Shown: in pieces, positions 47,005 to 56,960 of the stretch
Layout: every line of letters starts with the position of its first letter
How positions within the stretch are numbered: position 1 is the stretch's first letter
Source of the DNA: a virus
IMG/VR virus record: IMGVR_UViG_3300010430_000017
Span: 1 to 64,000 of that record
Length of the DNA: 64,000 nt
Strand: one strand, 5' to 3'
Notes under the pieces: model-generated
What the model was told of the DNA's origin: nothing
Seen by the model: the letters and a program-made list of their open reading frames with translations, nothing else
Databases searched by the model: none
Made by a program: the position numbers and the translations under genes

Positions 47005-47783
47005 TTACTTCTCCTCTTTACGGGTATTTCCAAAGCATCCTTTATCTCCCACCCTTTTCTAAGCCTTTCTTTCAGTGTTGTGTATTTGATGCCCTTTTTT
47101 CTTGCCCACGCAGCCATAGACATAGACTCTCCTTCAAAACGGATTATTTTACAATTCCTCTTATTTTGAGCTTGTTCGACAGGAGAACTCCATTTAACAT
47201 TCCAAGGGCCATATGGCCCATTATTATCTATCCTATCTATGGAATACTTTCTATTAGGTCTATGACCCACATCCTTCAAAAAATTTTCAAATGAATTCCT
47301 CCATCTTCTGCATACATAAATACCTCTTCCTCCATAATGATGATAATGTTTATGTTTGAAGAAGTAACACCTCTGTTTCATAGACAACCAAATGGTATAC
47401 TCCTCTGTTTTTGTTTTTCCGTGTGTGGTCTGTATTCCGCTTATGTATTCTTTAAAACATAATTTGCACATAGGGATAATAGATCCTCGTAGACTTTTAA
47501 TACTTTTAACAACATAATCTCCGCAATCGCACTTGCATAACCATTCAGTATCCCAAGTAGTTTTTACACCCATAGCGAAGATCGGAAGGAGCTTCCCAAA
47601 CCTTTTTAACAATATATTTTGTGTTCCCTTATTGTTTACTGGCCTTTCGAAAGCATCTTCTATTTCCCACCCAATACGTATTCTTTGCCTTAAGGTAGAG
47701 AGATTAATACCTAAAGACCTTGACCATTCTTTTAAACTCTGTGTTTTTCCGTTGTACGTTATATATTTAGTTGGCAGCCCCAT
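47001..47783 (-). CDS. HNH-type homing endonuclease (same family as 20917)
   Basis: WLCKCDCG, MKQRC..YGGRGI.VC.RW and SIDRIDNNG.Y.P.N.KW. Confidence 0.88.
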   Translation of the reverse strand: MGLPTKYITYNGKTQSLKEWSRSLGINLSTLRQRIRIGWEIEDAFERPVNNKGTQNILLKRFGKLLPIFAMGVKTTWDTEWLCKCDCGDYVVKSIKSLRGSIIPMCKLCFKEYISGIQTTHGKTKTEEYTIWLSMKQRCYFFKHKHYHHYGGRGIYVCRRWRNSFENFLKDVGHRPNRKYSIDRIDNNGPYGPWNVKWSSPVEQAQNKRNCKIIRFEGESMSMAAWARKKGIKYTTLKERLRKGWEIKDALEIPVKRRSK

Positions 47784-48137
47784 ACTTTATATTTAACCTT
47801 TCTCCTTATCTCCTAAAAGGCTCACAAAATCACAAAGATTCCCAAACACTTTGTCTGATTTGTGGTACAATTCTTTATCATTGTAAACAACAGGATATTC
47901 CATAACTCTATCATAGAATAATTCCTGAATCAAGTCCATTCTGTCGAATATTTCATGTCAATGGTATTTATCTGTCTTTTGATTCATTCTTCGACTCCTC
48001 ACAAGATTCCAACCTAAAGATCTCGTTCCCCGTGTCAGGCCCACAATCAAGGCAAGGGCAAACATCTTCATTCTCGAAGAAACATCCCTGGCACCCACCA
48101 AAACCCTCCACAAGCTCTACTTCAACTATGAATTTTT

Positions 48138-48356
48138 TCATGTTAACCTATTTAAACATTCTCTCTTAACCTTATCAATAAAATCAAGTAGAGACAACCT
48201 ACCAACAGTGCACTCAGTACCTCCACATTTATAACTCTGATAGTACTCATCCGATAACATGTAACAATATGTGTGCGCAACAAATATCTGTTCTTTGGTT
48301 TCACAACTCTTAAATACTCTTTGTATTTTTTCCAATACTTGACTATAAGTCATCAA
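48138..48356 (-). CDS. Hypothetical protein
   Basis: Colinear ORF. Confidence 0.5.
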   Translation of the reverse strand: MMTYSQVLEKIQRVFKSCETKEQIFVAHTYCYMLSDEYYQSYKCGGTECTVGRLSLLDFIDKVKRECLNRLT

Positions 48357-48528
48357 AATTTACTCCATGTCCAAAGTTTAATCCTAAGAATTCCTTTTCT
48401 CAATATCTCAAATAACACAATAACACAAGCACCGAAGAAAAGAAACAAAATATTTATAAACATGAAAAATAGCATGATGATGTTGTGAATATATTTTTCT
48501 ATTGTATTAAGAATGTTCTGTAGTTTAG

Positions 48529-49137
48529 TCATTTAAGTATTCCCCACTGTTTTGCCATTGCTTCCGCGATACCTCTAAAAAACATAGATCTTCTCTTACT
48601 TCTATCTTTCCCAGGACTCATATACCAAATTCTTTGTTGTTCTTTAAGTGGTAGAGACTGCATTTCAATGAATACATTATTTGTTCCAATAAGGTTCGGT
48701 AAATTATAATTCCATAATCCTGTTTTCTTCTTCTCAGGGTGTCCAAACATATATGGCTGAATATATTGGGAAGGCTTCTTAAGATTACTTTGTGTGGATA
48801 AAACACCCACAGGATTTTCGAAACAAACCCTGTTTCCTTTCTTCTTACATAGATTCCATAACTGTTCTGTCCATTCTATACTCTCCTGTCTCTTTTTTGT
48901 ATTAGAATAATATCTATTCCCAGCAACACACAGGTATGTGCAGGGAGGGTGGCAGATAATTAAGTCATAGAACCCATCTTCTGTATTTTCTAAGATTTCC
49001 ACTACATCGTGCATTATATGGTCGCCGTAAAGCGACTCACTTGGTAAAATATCACAACTTATGGCATAATGGCCTTCTCGGATAAATTCATCCCTTACTA
49101 TCCCAGAATACTCACACCCAACAAAAACCCTCATCAA
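48529..49137 (-). CDS. Phage DNA cytosine-methyltransferase-like protein
   Basis: VGCEYSG.VR, SCDILP, HPPCTYL, ENPVG and GIAEAMA.QWG. Confidence 0.75.
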   Translation of the reverse strand: MMRVFVGCEYSGIVRDEFIREGHYAISCDILPSESLYGDHIMHDVVEILENTEDGFYDLIICHPPCTYLCVAGNRYYSNTKKRQESIEWTEQLWNLCKKKGNRVCFENPVGVLSTQSNLKKPSQYIQPYMFGHPEKKKTGLWNYNLPNLIGTNNVFIEMQSLPLKEQQRIWYMSPGKDRSKRRSMFFRGIAEAMAKQWGILK

Positions 49138-49691
49138 ATACTCCTAATATGAATAGGTGCAGTAACACCACTACAAAGACCAATAGAAGCTTCCAGGGCT
49201 TTTGTTATTGTACTTTCGGGATCAATAATTTCTTGGTTATTATAAATATGATGCAGAACACCATAAGCATAGGAACTCCCGGAACCAATTGCGTAGTACG
49301 GTTCTGTTGTCTCGACTACTTGGAAAGCTGGATCAATTAGAAATAGTCTTCCATGAATTCCGACAAGATAATTATCGGAATGTTCTTCTACTCCGAGATC
49401 ATTAGCTGAATAACCGCATTGCTTAAACAAATCCATGAGGTTAATACTGAATGTTCTGCACATATAATTCTCAAGAGTTTGTTTCTCTGTATCAAATACA
49501 GGAAGCCAGTCATCAACATGCTTCATTAACTGACTTCCTCTGATCATACCAGCGTATCCGACAAGCATTTGATCATTGAGTTTAATTACCTTGGGTCCAG
49601 TGAGTTTTCTTTCAAGATCCCCGAAAGTAGCACAGCTGTCTGATCCGAAGTACGTCTTGTTCTTGTGTTTCAAAGCAATCACGCAGGTCAT
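49134..49691 (-). CDS. HslV/proteasome-like Ntn hydrolase
   Basis: N-terminal Thr (MTCVIA), GSDS, K and AIGSGS.YA.G. Confidence 0.8.
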   Translation of the reverse strand: MTCVIALKHKNKTYFGSDSCATFGDLERKLTGPKVIKLNDQMLVGYAGMIRGSQLMKHVDDWLPVFDTEKQTLENYMCRTFSINLMDLFKQCGYSANDLGVEEHSDNYLVGIHGRLFLIDPAFQVVETTEPYYAIGSGSSYAYGVLHHIYNNQEIIDPESTITKALEASIGLCSGVTAPIHIRSI

Positions 49692-49710
49692 AGATTCTCC
49701 TTAATTATAA

Positions 49711-49776
49711 TAAAAATGTCCTTAAACTTATCTCTAAATCTAAGGACATTCTATACTAAAACTATTTGTGTGTCAA
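49711..49776 (-). terminator. Terminator overlapping a sigma70 promoter (minus strand)
   Basis: TTGACA-17-TAGAAT; stem AATGTCCTTA/TAAGGACATT followed by a T-run. Confidence 0.75.
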
Positions 49777-49798
49777 GTGCTAATGTAAATTAACAATG

Positions 49799-50146
49799 TT
49801 ATTTCTTATCTTCAAGTTTCTTGATCTTGGCCTTGAGTTTAGTCACTTGTGACTTAGTGGTTCTTAGAGTATCAGTAACTTTCTTATTTTTGTCCGTTAG
49901 AACTTGTAATTGTTCTTTGAGATCAACAATATCCGCAGTTTCTTCTGTCTCGGAAATTTCCTTTCCGATTGTAGGGACAATATAAACATTCCCCATAGCC
50001 TTGATTGCATCCCAATTAAATTCATAGCCCTTCTTTGTATATTTCTCAATACCAGCGAAGATACCAAACAACAGATTCGAACTAATCTCCAAGCAATGCC
50101 CCATATCCGTTACTTGGTAGTGCTGCCCTTCCGCTGCTTTAATCAT
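49799..50146 (-). CDS. Coiled-coil hypothetical protein
   Basis: C-terminal coiled coil. Confidence 0.55.
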   Translation of the reverse strand: MIKAAEGQHYQVTDMGHCLEISSNLLFGIFAGIEKYTKKGYEFNWDAIKAMGNVYIVPTIGKEISETEETADIVDLKEQLQVLTDKNKKVTDTLRTTKSQVTKLKAKIKKLEDKK

Positions 50147-50435
50147 TTACCTCTCCTTTTTGTAATTGCCCCCAAGGATTTGGGACAGAATTTACTTCAG
50201 TAATACACTCCAACCCAGTATCATGGTGTAAATTCTTAGTACACCAGTCCTTGAAATCATCAATTGTTTCTTCATCATCATAACAATTGATGATGAGTTT
50301 GGCACAACTTTTTCTGTCCTTTCCAGCTTCGAAAGAAAAATTATCGATCTCTAATTTTTCGAGTATATTTTCACCGTTATCTGTCTCTAACTCCACACCC
50401 ATAACTGCATTTAAATTATTAAATGTTATCCTCAT
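50139..50435 (-). CDS. Hypothetical protein
   Basis: Overlap-coupled ORF. Confidence 0.55.
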   Translation of the reverse strand: MRITFNNLNAVMGVELETDNGENILEKLEIDNFSFEAGKDRKSCAKLIINCYDDEETIDDFKDWCTKNLHHDTGLECITEVNSVPNPWGQLQKGEVND

Positions 50436-50818
50436 ATATTATTATCCTGGTTATTCAAAGCAAGTAAACAATACCCCATAATATCACCGTAGGGACTCTC
50501 CCCAAGAGCATCCTTATCTGTAGCAATTCTCATTAGTTTATCGAATATACGAACAATAGTCAACATGTCTTGGTAGGAACTTACAGGAACTCCCTCTGGG
50601 TAAAGAATTTGAAGGAACTCTTCTGATTTACCCCAAGAATTGCCATAAAATTTTTGTTTTTCTGCCACAAGATTAGCTATCTCTTTCGCTATTTCTTTGT
50701 AGTTATTAGGTTTTGGTGGTGTATCTTTGTTAGGTTTTGGTGTTTTACATAAAGGCATAGGCGTACGAGCACTTACCTCCGGCAAATTCCAATAAACAAA
50801 ATCTTTTCTATCTATCAT
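50432..50818 (-). CDS. DUF1599/Nmad1-like (MazG-related) nucleotide-associated protein
   Basis: K...YGNS, RIFDKL.RI and DIMGY; adjacent to the dUTPase. Confidence 0.6.
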   Translation of the reverse strand: MIDRKDFVYWNLPEVSARTPMPLCKTPKPNKDTPPKPNNYKEIAKEIANLVAEKQKFYGNSWGKSEEFLQILYPEGVPVSSYQDMLTIVRIFDKLMRIATDKDALGESPYGDIMGYCLLALNNQDNNI

Positions 50819-51243
50819 TATTTCCTCCCTGTACTCCCATATCCACCTCTGTCTTTATTACCAAGACATTCTACTTCTATTAATTCAAATACCGGTTGTT
50901 TCTTTCTAATCCTGAACTGGCAAATTTTATCTCCTTCATTTATAAAACCATCTCTGGTGGCATAATAAGGCATGAACCAGATATCATTATCTCCGCAGTA
51001 TGAATTATCAATAGCGCCTACTGAATTGGTTTGTAGAATGCCCCAGGTCTTAAAAGTACTACTTCTTGGTTTTACTTCTGCTTCGTAGCCTTCGGGGAGT
51101 TCCATTGCAATACCAAGACTAATTTTACCCCAGGTTCTCCTTTTCAAGAATGTGTCATCGTAAGAATAAAGATCAATCCAATCCCCTTTGGATATTTTCT
51201 TTAGTTTAGTAGCTCCGGGGAGATATTTAATTTTAATTTCCAC
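50818..51243 (-). CDS. dut: Trimeric dUTPase
   Basis: [19 protein letters not shown] and RGGYGSTG. Confidence 0.93.
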   Translation of the reverse strand: MEIKIKYLPGATKLKKISKGDWIDLYSYDDTFLKRRTWGKISLGIAMELPEGYEAEVKPRSSTFKTWGILQTNSVGAIDNSYCGDNDIWFMPYYATRDGFINEGDKICQFRIRKKQPVFELIEVECLGNKDRGGYGSTGRK

Positions 51244-51491
51244 TAATATTTAATCCTTGTCTCAATTAATTCTTTAGAAAAACTTTGAGCTTCAATCATA
51301 GGGATTATAATGCAGTCCATATATTCATCAAAGTCCTCTATATTTCTTTTTATGTAGATCTCTCCTCCGTTTTCTTCTCCATCCTGAATATTGTACCACA
51401 CAACATTGGAAATATCTTGCTCAGGTGCAATCTCTCTGCATGTGTCACAACAACTGCAAGCTTCTTCGTACAGATCTTCTGGAATTTGCAT
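51243..51491 (-). CDS. Hypothetical protein
   Basis: Coupled ORF. Confidence 0.5.
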   Translation of the reverse strand: MQIPEDLYEEACSCCDTCREIAPEQDISNVVWYNIQDGEENGGEIYIKRNIEDFDEYMDCIIIPMIEAQSFSKELIETRIKY

Positions 51492-51739
51492 CAGTTACCC
51501 TCCATAATGGATTCATATTCTTTGTAGAATTCAAGTTCTTTCTCTTTCTTTTCCTGGTACTCATTCGTGTAGTGCAACTTTACCATTCTCTTTACAACAG
51601 CTGCCTTAACTCCGTATTTCTCTTCTGCTGCTTTAGCTACTACATTGAGATCATTCTTAGCTGTGTCAAGATCATCAAAAAGATTAGACAATTCACCTTC
51701 GATAAGTTCCTTAAGTTCTTGCTTCTGTTCTTCTGTCAT
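51491..51739 (-). CDS. T4 DsbA/GapR-like dsDNA-binding protein
   Basis: Helical; A.EKYGV...VKRMVKL.Y...Y.E......YE pattern. Confidence 0.55.
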   Translation of the reverse strand: MTEEQKQELKELIEGELSNLFDDLDTAKNDLNVVAKAAEEKYGVKAAVVKRMVKLHYTNEYQEKKEKELEFYKEYESIMEGN

Positions 51740-51753
51740 ATTCTCTCCTCTTT

Positions 51754-51945
51754 TTATCGGACTTCCTCGAAAGCAATGCCCTTGTAATAAAGCTTCTTCA
51801 TTTGTTGATAGAATGTGCGTCTATCCCCGCACTCAATTGCTCCAGTAGAAATTCCTTTCCTGGTTTGTGTTGTGTATTGCTTATCCTTTGGGGAATAGTC
51901 TTTGTATACAGCTTTCTTAATTCTTTTGGCTTTGGATTGTCTCAT
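51754..51945 (-). CDS. Small basic hypothetical protein
   Basis: MRQSKAKRIKK...R..YQ..KK. Confidence 0.5.
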   Translation of the reverse strand: MRQSKAKRIKKAVYKDYSPKDKQYTTQTRKGISTGAIECGDRRTFYQQMKKLYYKGIAFEEVR

Positions 51946-52163
51946 TATTCCTCCTCAAAGTAATGCTTAATATTCTCAGTATCAATCTCAAAATCACTCA
52001 ACTCAAGAGTTGCACACTGATGACAAAGTGTTGGGGAATCATACCCCTGTGACTCCCATAAATCATCAGCTTTCTTTTCGAAGTCTTCTTCATTCTTTGC
52101 AAGAACACTACCAATACACGTAAACCCGTACGTTTTAATATAGACTGGTATCTCTTTTGCCAT
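51945..52163 (-). CDS. Hypothetical protein
   Basis: Coupled ORF. Confidence 0.5.
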   Translation of the reverse strand: MAKEIPVYIKTYGFTCIGSVLAKNEEDFEKKADDLWESQGYDSPTLCHQCATLELSDFEIDTENIKHYFEEE

Positions 52164-52705
52164 TATTCCTCCTGTTTAAAATTACCATAATATAGTCGTT
52201 TTTTATCTTCTTTATTAAGATCTCGTAAAAACCACGCATATCTTGTATTATCAAGATAGGGATTATCTATTACATTAAAACCAGAAATAATTGTATATTG
52301 TCCTTTTAGATTGTTAGCGAATTTCTCTACAAAATCCACACCATTAGTACAGACAATTATTCTTTTGTTGGGGATCAAAGATAAAATAAGATCTGGATCT
52401 ATATGATTCTCAAAAGCAACTTCCTCGTATCCTTGGGGGAATTTTCCAGAGTTCAAATTTAAAGGTATCCCATCCCGAGAGAACAAACCACACATTGCCC
52501 AAAAATTGGGATGATAATACAGAAAGCCAATATATTTAGCTCTCTCATTCAAAGCAAAAGTTACACCTGAACCTCGACCACTAAGAATGAACACCGGTTT
52601 GTTCATTTCTGGTTTACAATTCACAATAAGCTTTTGGAATTCTGTTAGAACTACTTGCTCTGGTCTACTCGGTTTAAAATTCATACAGTTTTTACAATCG
52701 CACAT
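52163..52705 (-). CDS. Degenerate terminase-large-subunit ATPase-like domain
   Basis: LTEFQ, SGRGSGVT, QGYEEVAFEN, RIIVCTN, DNPYL and RLYYGNF in TerL order; RBS AGGAGG before 52705. Confidence 0.6.
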   Translation of the reverse strand: MCDCKNCMNFKPSRPEQVVLTEFQKLIVNCKPEMNKPVFILSGRGSGVTFALNERAKYIGFLYYHPNFWAMCGLFSRDGIPLNLNSGKFPQGYEEVAFENHIDPDLILSLIPNKRIIVCTNGVDFVEKFANNLKGQYTIISGFNVIDNPYLDNTRYAWFLRDLNKEDKKRLYYGNFKQEE

Positions 52706-52722
52706 GATCCCTCCTAAGTTAA

Positions 52723-52813
52723 TGATTATACATCCTTGCAGCCCCTCAAGGATTAAGGTATCCACCGTCTATAGCCAGATTCGTTATTCGCAGGAGCAAC
52801 CTTTGTATAATCA
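52723..52813 (-). ncRNA. Candidate structured RNA or leader
   Basis: 10-bp closing stem TGATTATACA/TGTATAATCA with internal hairpins; own promoter TTGACA(52859)-17-TAGAAT. Confidence 0.45.
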
Positions 52814-52864
52814 AGATTCATTCTTTTTATATTCTATACTAATTGTTTGTTGTTGTCAAGGGAT

Positions 52865-55177
52865 TTATCCACATTTACTAAATCCGCACTCCTTGCAAAT
52901 CAGACATCCACCCTCATTGACATATGATGCTAAGCCGCATTCAGGACAGATTTTTCCAACAGATACTTCAGGATCTTCAATAGGAAGATACTTAGAAAGA
53001 ATCCTCTTAAGAATTCCAGCAGCATCTACCATGGAATACGTACTCTTATTTAACTGATCTATAATCTCCTCCACAGGAATCCCGTATCTAAGGGACATTG
53101 AGCATACTCTGCATAGCGAATCCCATAGACTATTACGCTCCTGGAATAGAACAGGATTAAAAGTGCCATCTCCATTATGCCCACCCTCTTTAGGTAATTT
53201 AACAAATACCTCTATTGGATTCCCTTCCTGATCAATACTTACATTAATGTAAATTTTACTTCCTTTCCAAGAAACTCTATGCCTCACTGCTGTCTCTTCA
53301 TCAAGAAGCTCTTTCTCGTATAGTTCCGGCATTACGCATTCAGCTACTTCTTCAGTATCCGTACTTGAAAGAACACCTTCCTTGCAACCATCTCGAAAAA
53401 CAGTGACACCTTTGAGACCCTTGGACCAAGCGTACTTATAAATCTCTTGGATAGTCTCCTTTTTGGTATCATTCGAAAGATTAATAGTAGAACTGATCGA
53501 GGCATCAATATTCTTCTGTAAAGCGGCTTGCACATTAATCCTATCTTTCCAATGAATCTCATTAGCTTCAACGTAGCCCATCTTGTTCTTTGCTTGCTCA
53601 AGAGTAAGTCCTTTGAATTCATCTAAGTTATCAAGCATATGCTGTGCAGCCGGGAGATGGATGAAGGAGTATTCTTTATTATCAATTCTATTCTTTCTTT
53701 TATAGGAAAACTTAAATATAGGTTCAATTCCTGACGAACAATTCCCAGAAACAATACTAATACTACCACAAGGACCAATTGTGTTGAGAGATGTATTAGC
53801 AAGACCATAATCTAAGATATTCTCTTTTAATGCACCTTCTATCTTATACCATGGGTTATCAACAAAATTATTCCTTGCTGCTGTTGAACTCATAGCCTCA
53901 CAGCATTTACCTTGGACAGCAAGATCATTGGATGCAACTAATTGTGAATACATTATAGAATCAGTGATATCATTAGCAAGATCTATGGAATCTTCATCTC
54001 CGTAAGTAAAACCTAATTTTTGACATAGATCTCCAAACCCTGTTAACTCAACACCAATCCTTTTACCAAATTTATCCACTGATCTTTGCTCAGCTAATGG
54101 GTGCAAGTCCTCATTCATATCAGAAAACAAGTTCATCAAGCGTGTAGCTACTTCTGCGTCCTCTTCTAAGGAAACAATATCAAGTCTCCCATGCAAAAGA
54201 TAAAAAGGGAGCACAAACGCGCCAAGCAGGCAGTTTGAATCTCCAGCCATGGGTTGTTCAGAACATGCATTGTATCCAAACGGCTTCAAAGATTTATCAA
54301 TATAAGTCCCAAAAGTATTTTTCTGTACTGTTGTGATGTATGAAGTTCCTGGATCTCCACAAATCCAAGCTGCCTCCGACAATTGACTCAAAACATCTCT
54401 TGCTTTGATAGTTTTATACTCTTTAAATTTACCTCCTATTTCAAACCACTCATCATAATCACCATCCCAGCAAGAGTTATATAATTCTTTATCAGCCTCT
54501 ATATCAGGAAAACAAAACGTCCAGTCCTCATCATTCTCTACAGCAGTCATAAATGAGTCAGTAAGTTTTAATGTTATATTAGCATTATTAATGGCCGGCA
54601 GTTCTTTTGTAAAAACATCTTCTTCAAAAACTTTCTCTGGCTTTGCTTTACTCCAAATAAAATCAAGTGTATCTGGGTGCCGACAATCAAGAGAGATCAG
54701 CAATGCTCCACGTCTACCAAACTGGCAGATTGTTTTAGTTAACTCAGAAAAACTTGGCATAAAACTAACAGCGCCGGATGAAGTTCTTGCTGCATTCTCT
54801 ACGGAATGTCCTTTTGGTCTTAGAATGGATATATCTGTACCAACGCCTCCTCTATAAGAGAAGGTTCTCGCAATCTGTTTATGTGCTTCATATATCCCTT
54901 CAATACTGTCATGCCTGATAGGAACATAATAGCAGTTACTAAAGCTGCTGGTTGCGCCTGAATTACAGGCACTCAGAATACTCCCAGCGGGAATGAACTT
55001 ACCACTTCTTAGAAGTTCTTTCTGATCCTTGTCCGTGATGTTACAACAATCAATAACTCCTTCAATTACATCTTTGATATCTTCATGCCCATATTTATTC
55101 TTTGTGACCATGGCCACGAAATCTTCATGCTCTGCAATACTCGTCTCCAACAACTCCTTTGTAATAACCTCAGTCAA
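52865..55177 (-). CDS. nrdJ: Class II (adenosylcobalamin-dependent) ribonucleotide reductase
   Basis: SNCY, GGVG.D.S.LRP.G, RRGAL, NACSEQ, CLLG, GPCGSIS..GIEP, SISSTIN and KGVTVFRDG; C-terminal zinc ribbon; no beta subunit nearby. Confidence 0.92.
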   Translation of the reverse strand: MTEVITKELLETSIAEHEDFVAMVTKNKYGHEDIKDVIEGVIDCCNITDKDQKELLRSGKFIPAGSILSACNSGATSSFSNCYYVPIRHDSIEGIYEAHKQIARTFSYRGGVGTDISILRPKGHSVENAARTSSGAVSFMPSFSELTKTICQFGRRGALLISLDCRHPDTLDFIWSKAKPEKVFEEDVFTKELPAINNANITLKLTDSFMTAVENDEDWTFCFPDIEADKELYNSCWDGDYDEWFEIGGKFKEYKTIKARDVLSQLSEAAWICGDPGTSYITTVQKNTFGTYIDKSLKPFGYNACSEQPMAGDSNCLLGAFVLPFYLLHGRLDIVSLEEDAEVATRLMNLFSDMNEDLHPLAEQRSVDKFGKRIGVELTGFGDLCQKLGFTYGDEDSIDLANDITDSIMYSQLVASNDLAVQGKCCEAMSSTAARNNFVDNPWYKIEGALKENILDYGLANTSLNTIGPCGSISIVSGNCSSGIEPIFKFSYKRKNRIDNKEYSFIHLPAAQHMLDNLDEFKGLTLEQAKNKMGYVEANEIHWKDRINVQAALQKNIDASISSTINLSNDTKKETIQEIYKYAWSKGLKGVTVFRDGCKEGVLSSTDTEEVAECVMPELYEKELLDEETAVRHRVSWKGSKIYINVSIDQEGNPIEVFVKLPKEGGHNGDGTFNPVLFQERNSLWDSLCRVCSMSLRYGIPVEEIIDQLNKSTYSMVDAAGILKRILSKYLPIEDPEVSVGKICPECGLASYVNEGGCLICKECGFSKCG

Positions 55178-55178
55178 T

Positions 55179-55454
55179 TTATTCCTCCAATACCTTCAAA
55201 ATATTATCAATTCTTGTTTTTATATTCTTGAATTCATAGATGATCTGTTCTTTCTCGTTTCTGAGATAATCATCTTCCTCGTCATCCCATCCTCGATCAG
55301 AGTCTCCATGTAGTAAGCAGAAATCCATCCAATAAACTGCTTCTAAATATCCATTAGTAGTTCTGTAAAAGTGGTCACATTCAAGACCCCAATCATCAGT
55401 TCCAACTCCAGATTCAGCTAATAGGTCTACTATTTCATGAGTTACTTCCTTCAT
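55179..55454 (-). CDS. Hypothetical protein
   Basis: RBS GGAGAGG. Confidence 0.55.
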   Translation of the reverse strand: MKEVTHEIVDLLAESGVGTDDWGLECDHFYRTTNGYLEAVYWMDFCLLHGDSDRGWDDEEDDYLRNEKEQIIYEFKNIKTRIDNILKVLEE

Positions 55455-55462
55455 AACCTCTC

Positions 55463-55678
55463 CTATATAATAAAATTAACTTCTCCAACACAACCACTCT
55501 GATACTTTGTCTGAAATTTATAGCACCATCCACAATCTTTGTCAAGACATTTGTTTGGTTTAGTAGATAATCCCTCACCTATCTTCCACGCTCTATAAAC
55601 AGAATTATTCTGTATAATAGCTTCTTCGTATACATAATCACTGTAAATATCAATACAAGCTTGTTCTGCTTTACTCAT
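55463..55678 (-). CDS. Hypothetical protein
   Basis: Colinear ORF. Confidence 0.45.
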   Translation of the reverse strand: MSKAEQACIDIYSDYVYEEAIIQNNSVYRAWKIGEGLSTKPNKCLDKDCGWCYKFQTKYQSGCVGEVNFII

Positions 55679-55883
55679 TTTTATCCCTTTCCAAAGTACT
55701 TAAGAGATCCCCGCACAAGTTAATTTCAGACGGAATACACTTAAGCACTACTTTTACTCCTTCGTTGAATGGAAATTCAATATGAAGTTTTGAGATACAC
55801 AAGTCCCCTGTAATATCCTCTCCTTTTGAGTTTAGTATACGAGTATCATTAGTTGCTCCTGTTTCATTTATAACCTTAATCAT
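55671..55883 (-). CDS. Hypothetical protein
   Basis: Colinear ORF. Confidence 0.45.
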   Translation of the reverse strand: MIKVINETGATNDTRILNSKGEDITGDLCISKLHIEFPFNEGVKVVLKCIPSEINLCGDLLSTLERDKNE

Positions 55884-56001
55884 TTCAGTTTATTCACCTT
55901 TCTTTTTATATAATCCTTAAAATAAAAATCCCTGTTATAATGCCAAGTAAGTACAGCCCAACAACAAAGTCCTCCGAAGATGTAACCAATTAAGAAATCC
56001 A

Positions 56002-56577
56002 TTATTCAAGGAATTCCTTATATTTTGCATTCTCTTTAAGATAAGCGCAAAACACCACCCATTCATTCAACTTATGGTTCTTTCTTTGTCCGATAATATG
56101 TCTAATTGTTTTATAGTTTGTGCAGACAATACGTCTCTGGAGAAATCCTTCCGGGAGGTTCTTTTTTATCTGAGTAAATAGAGTACCTAAATCACCCTCA
56201 TATTTATCACCTTTGTTTCCGTTCTTGACCCAATTATAAGCTTTAATTTTGAAATTTAATGCTTCAAGTGTTGATTGGAATATAGGTCCTTCAAAATCAT
56301 CTTGTGTTAATTGTCTCTTGAGCAATGTATGCATTGTGCTACCTGATTGCTTAGTAACTCCAATTCGGTATGTATCTGCCTGTACCCACCAATCTCTGCT
56401 TGCAGTGATATCCAACCACAGACAGATACTTTCAAGAAATTTACCATGAGAACCATTCTTATAAATCTTCCTTGCTACATTCCCCATTTCATGTACTGGT
56501 CGGTTGTACGATAGACTCAAGCCAAGCATGGCCTGTTCGTATCCTGACTCGTTTAAAATTTCAATGTTATACTTCAT
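56002..56577 (-). CDS. ThyX-like (flavin-dependent thymidylate synthase fold) protein
   Basis: H.KFL, WW.Q.DTYRIG....S.STMH, LPEGF, NYK..R....QR..HKL.EW; canonical RHR motif absent. Confidence 0.6.
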   Translation of the reverse strand: MKYNIEILNESGYEQAMLGLSLSYNRPVHEMGNVARKIYKNGSHGKFLESICLWLDITASRDWWVQADTYRIGVTKQSGSTMHTLLKRQLTQDDFEGPIFQSTLEALNFKIKAYNWVKNGNKGDKYEGDLGTLFTQIKKNLPEGFLQRRIVCTNYKTIRHIIGQRKNHKLNEWVVFCAYLKENAKYKEFLE

Positions 56578-56758
56578 CTTCTTGTTCGAACTCCTTCTCT
56601 ATATAATTACCGCATTCAGTACAAACATAGCACCACATATCCCATATATCAAGGTATTCTTCCAAGAATTCCCCTATATACCCGCATACTTCGCACTCAG
56701 GAGGATCTTCTTCGTAGTGATCTATTTCAATATCCGAATTATAGACATCATTGTTCAT
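56567..56758 (-). CDS. Acidic zinc-ribbon protein
   Basis: CEVC and CTEC; D/E-rich. Confidence 0.5.
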   Translation of the reverse strand: MNNDVYNSDIEIDHYEEDPPECEVCGYIGEFLEEYLDIWDMWCYVCTECGNYIEKEFEQEDEV

Positions 56759-56759
56759 A

Positions 56760-56960
56760 TTATTCCCTTCGTCGAGTACCATGAGAAGGTTTCTCGAAAC
56801 CACCGCATCCAGCAATCAGCTTTGCCGGTGAACACAACTCAATACCAATTCTTTTAGATATCTTCCCACATAATTTGCAGTATGTAAAATTAGTTCCTAT
56901 TTTCTCGATACTATCGAATTCTACTCCACATGTTAAACATTCATATGTATAAATACTCAT
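56760..56960 (-). CDS. FmdB-family zinc ribbon protein
   Basis: MSIYTYEC..CG..F...C..CG....R. Confidence 0.75.
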   Translation of the reverse strand: MSIYTYECLTCGVEFDSIEKIGTNFTYCKLCGKISKRIGIELCSPAKLIAGCGGFEKPSHGTRRRE

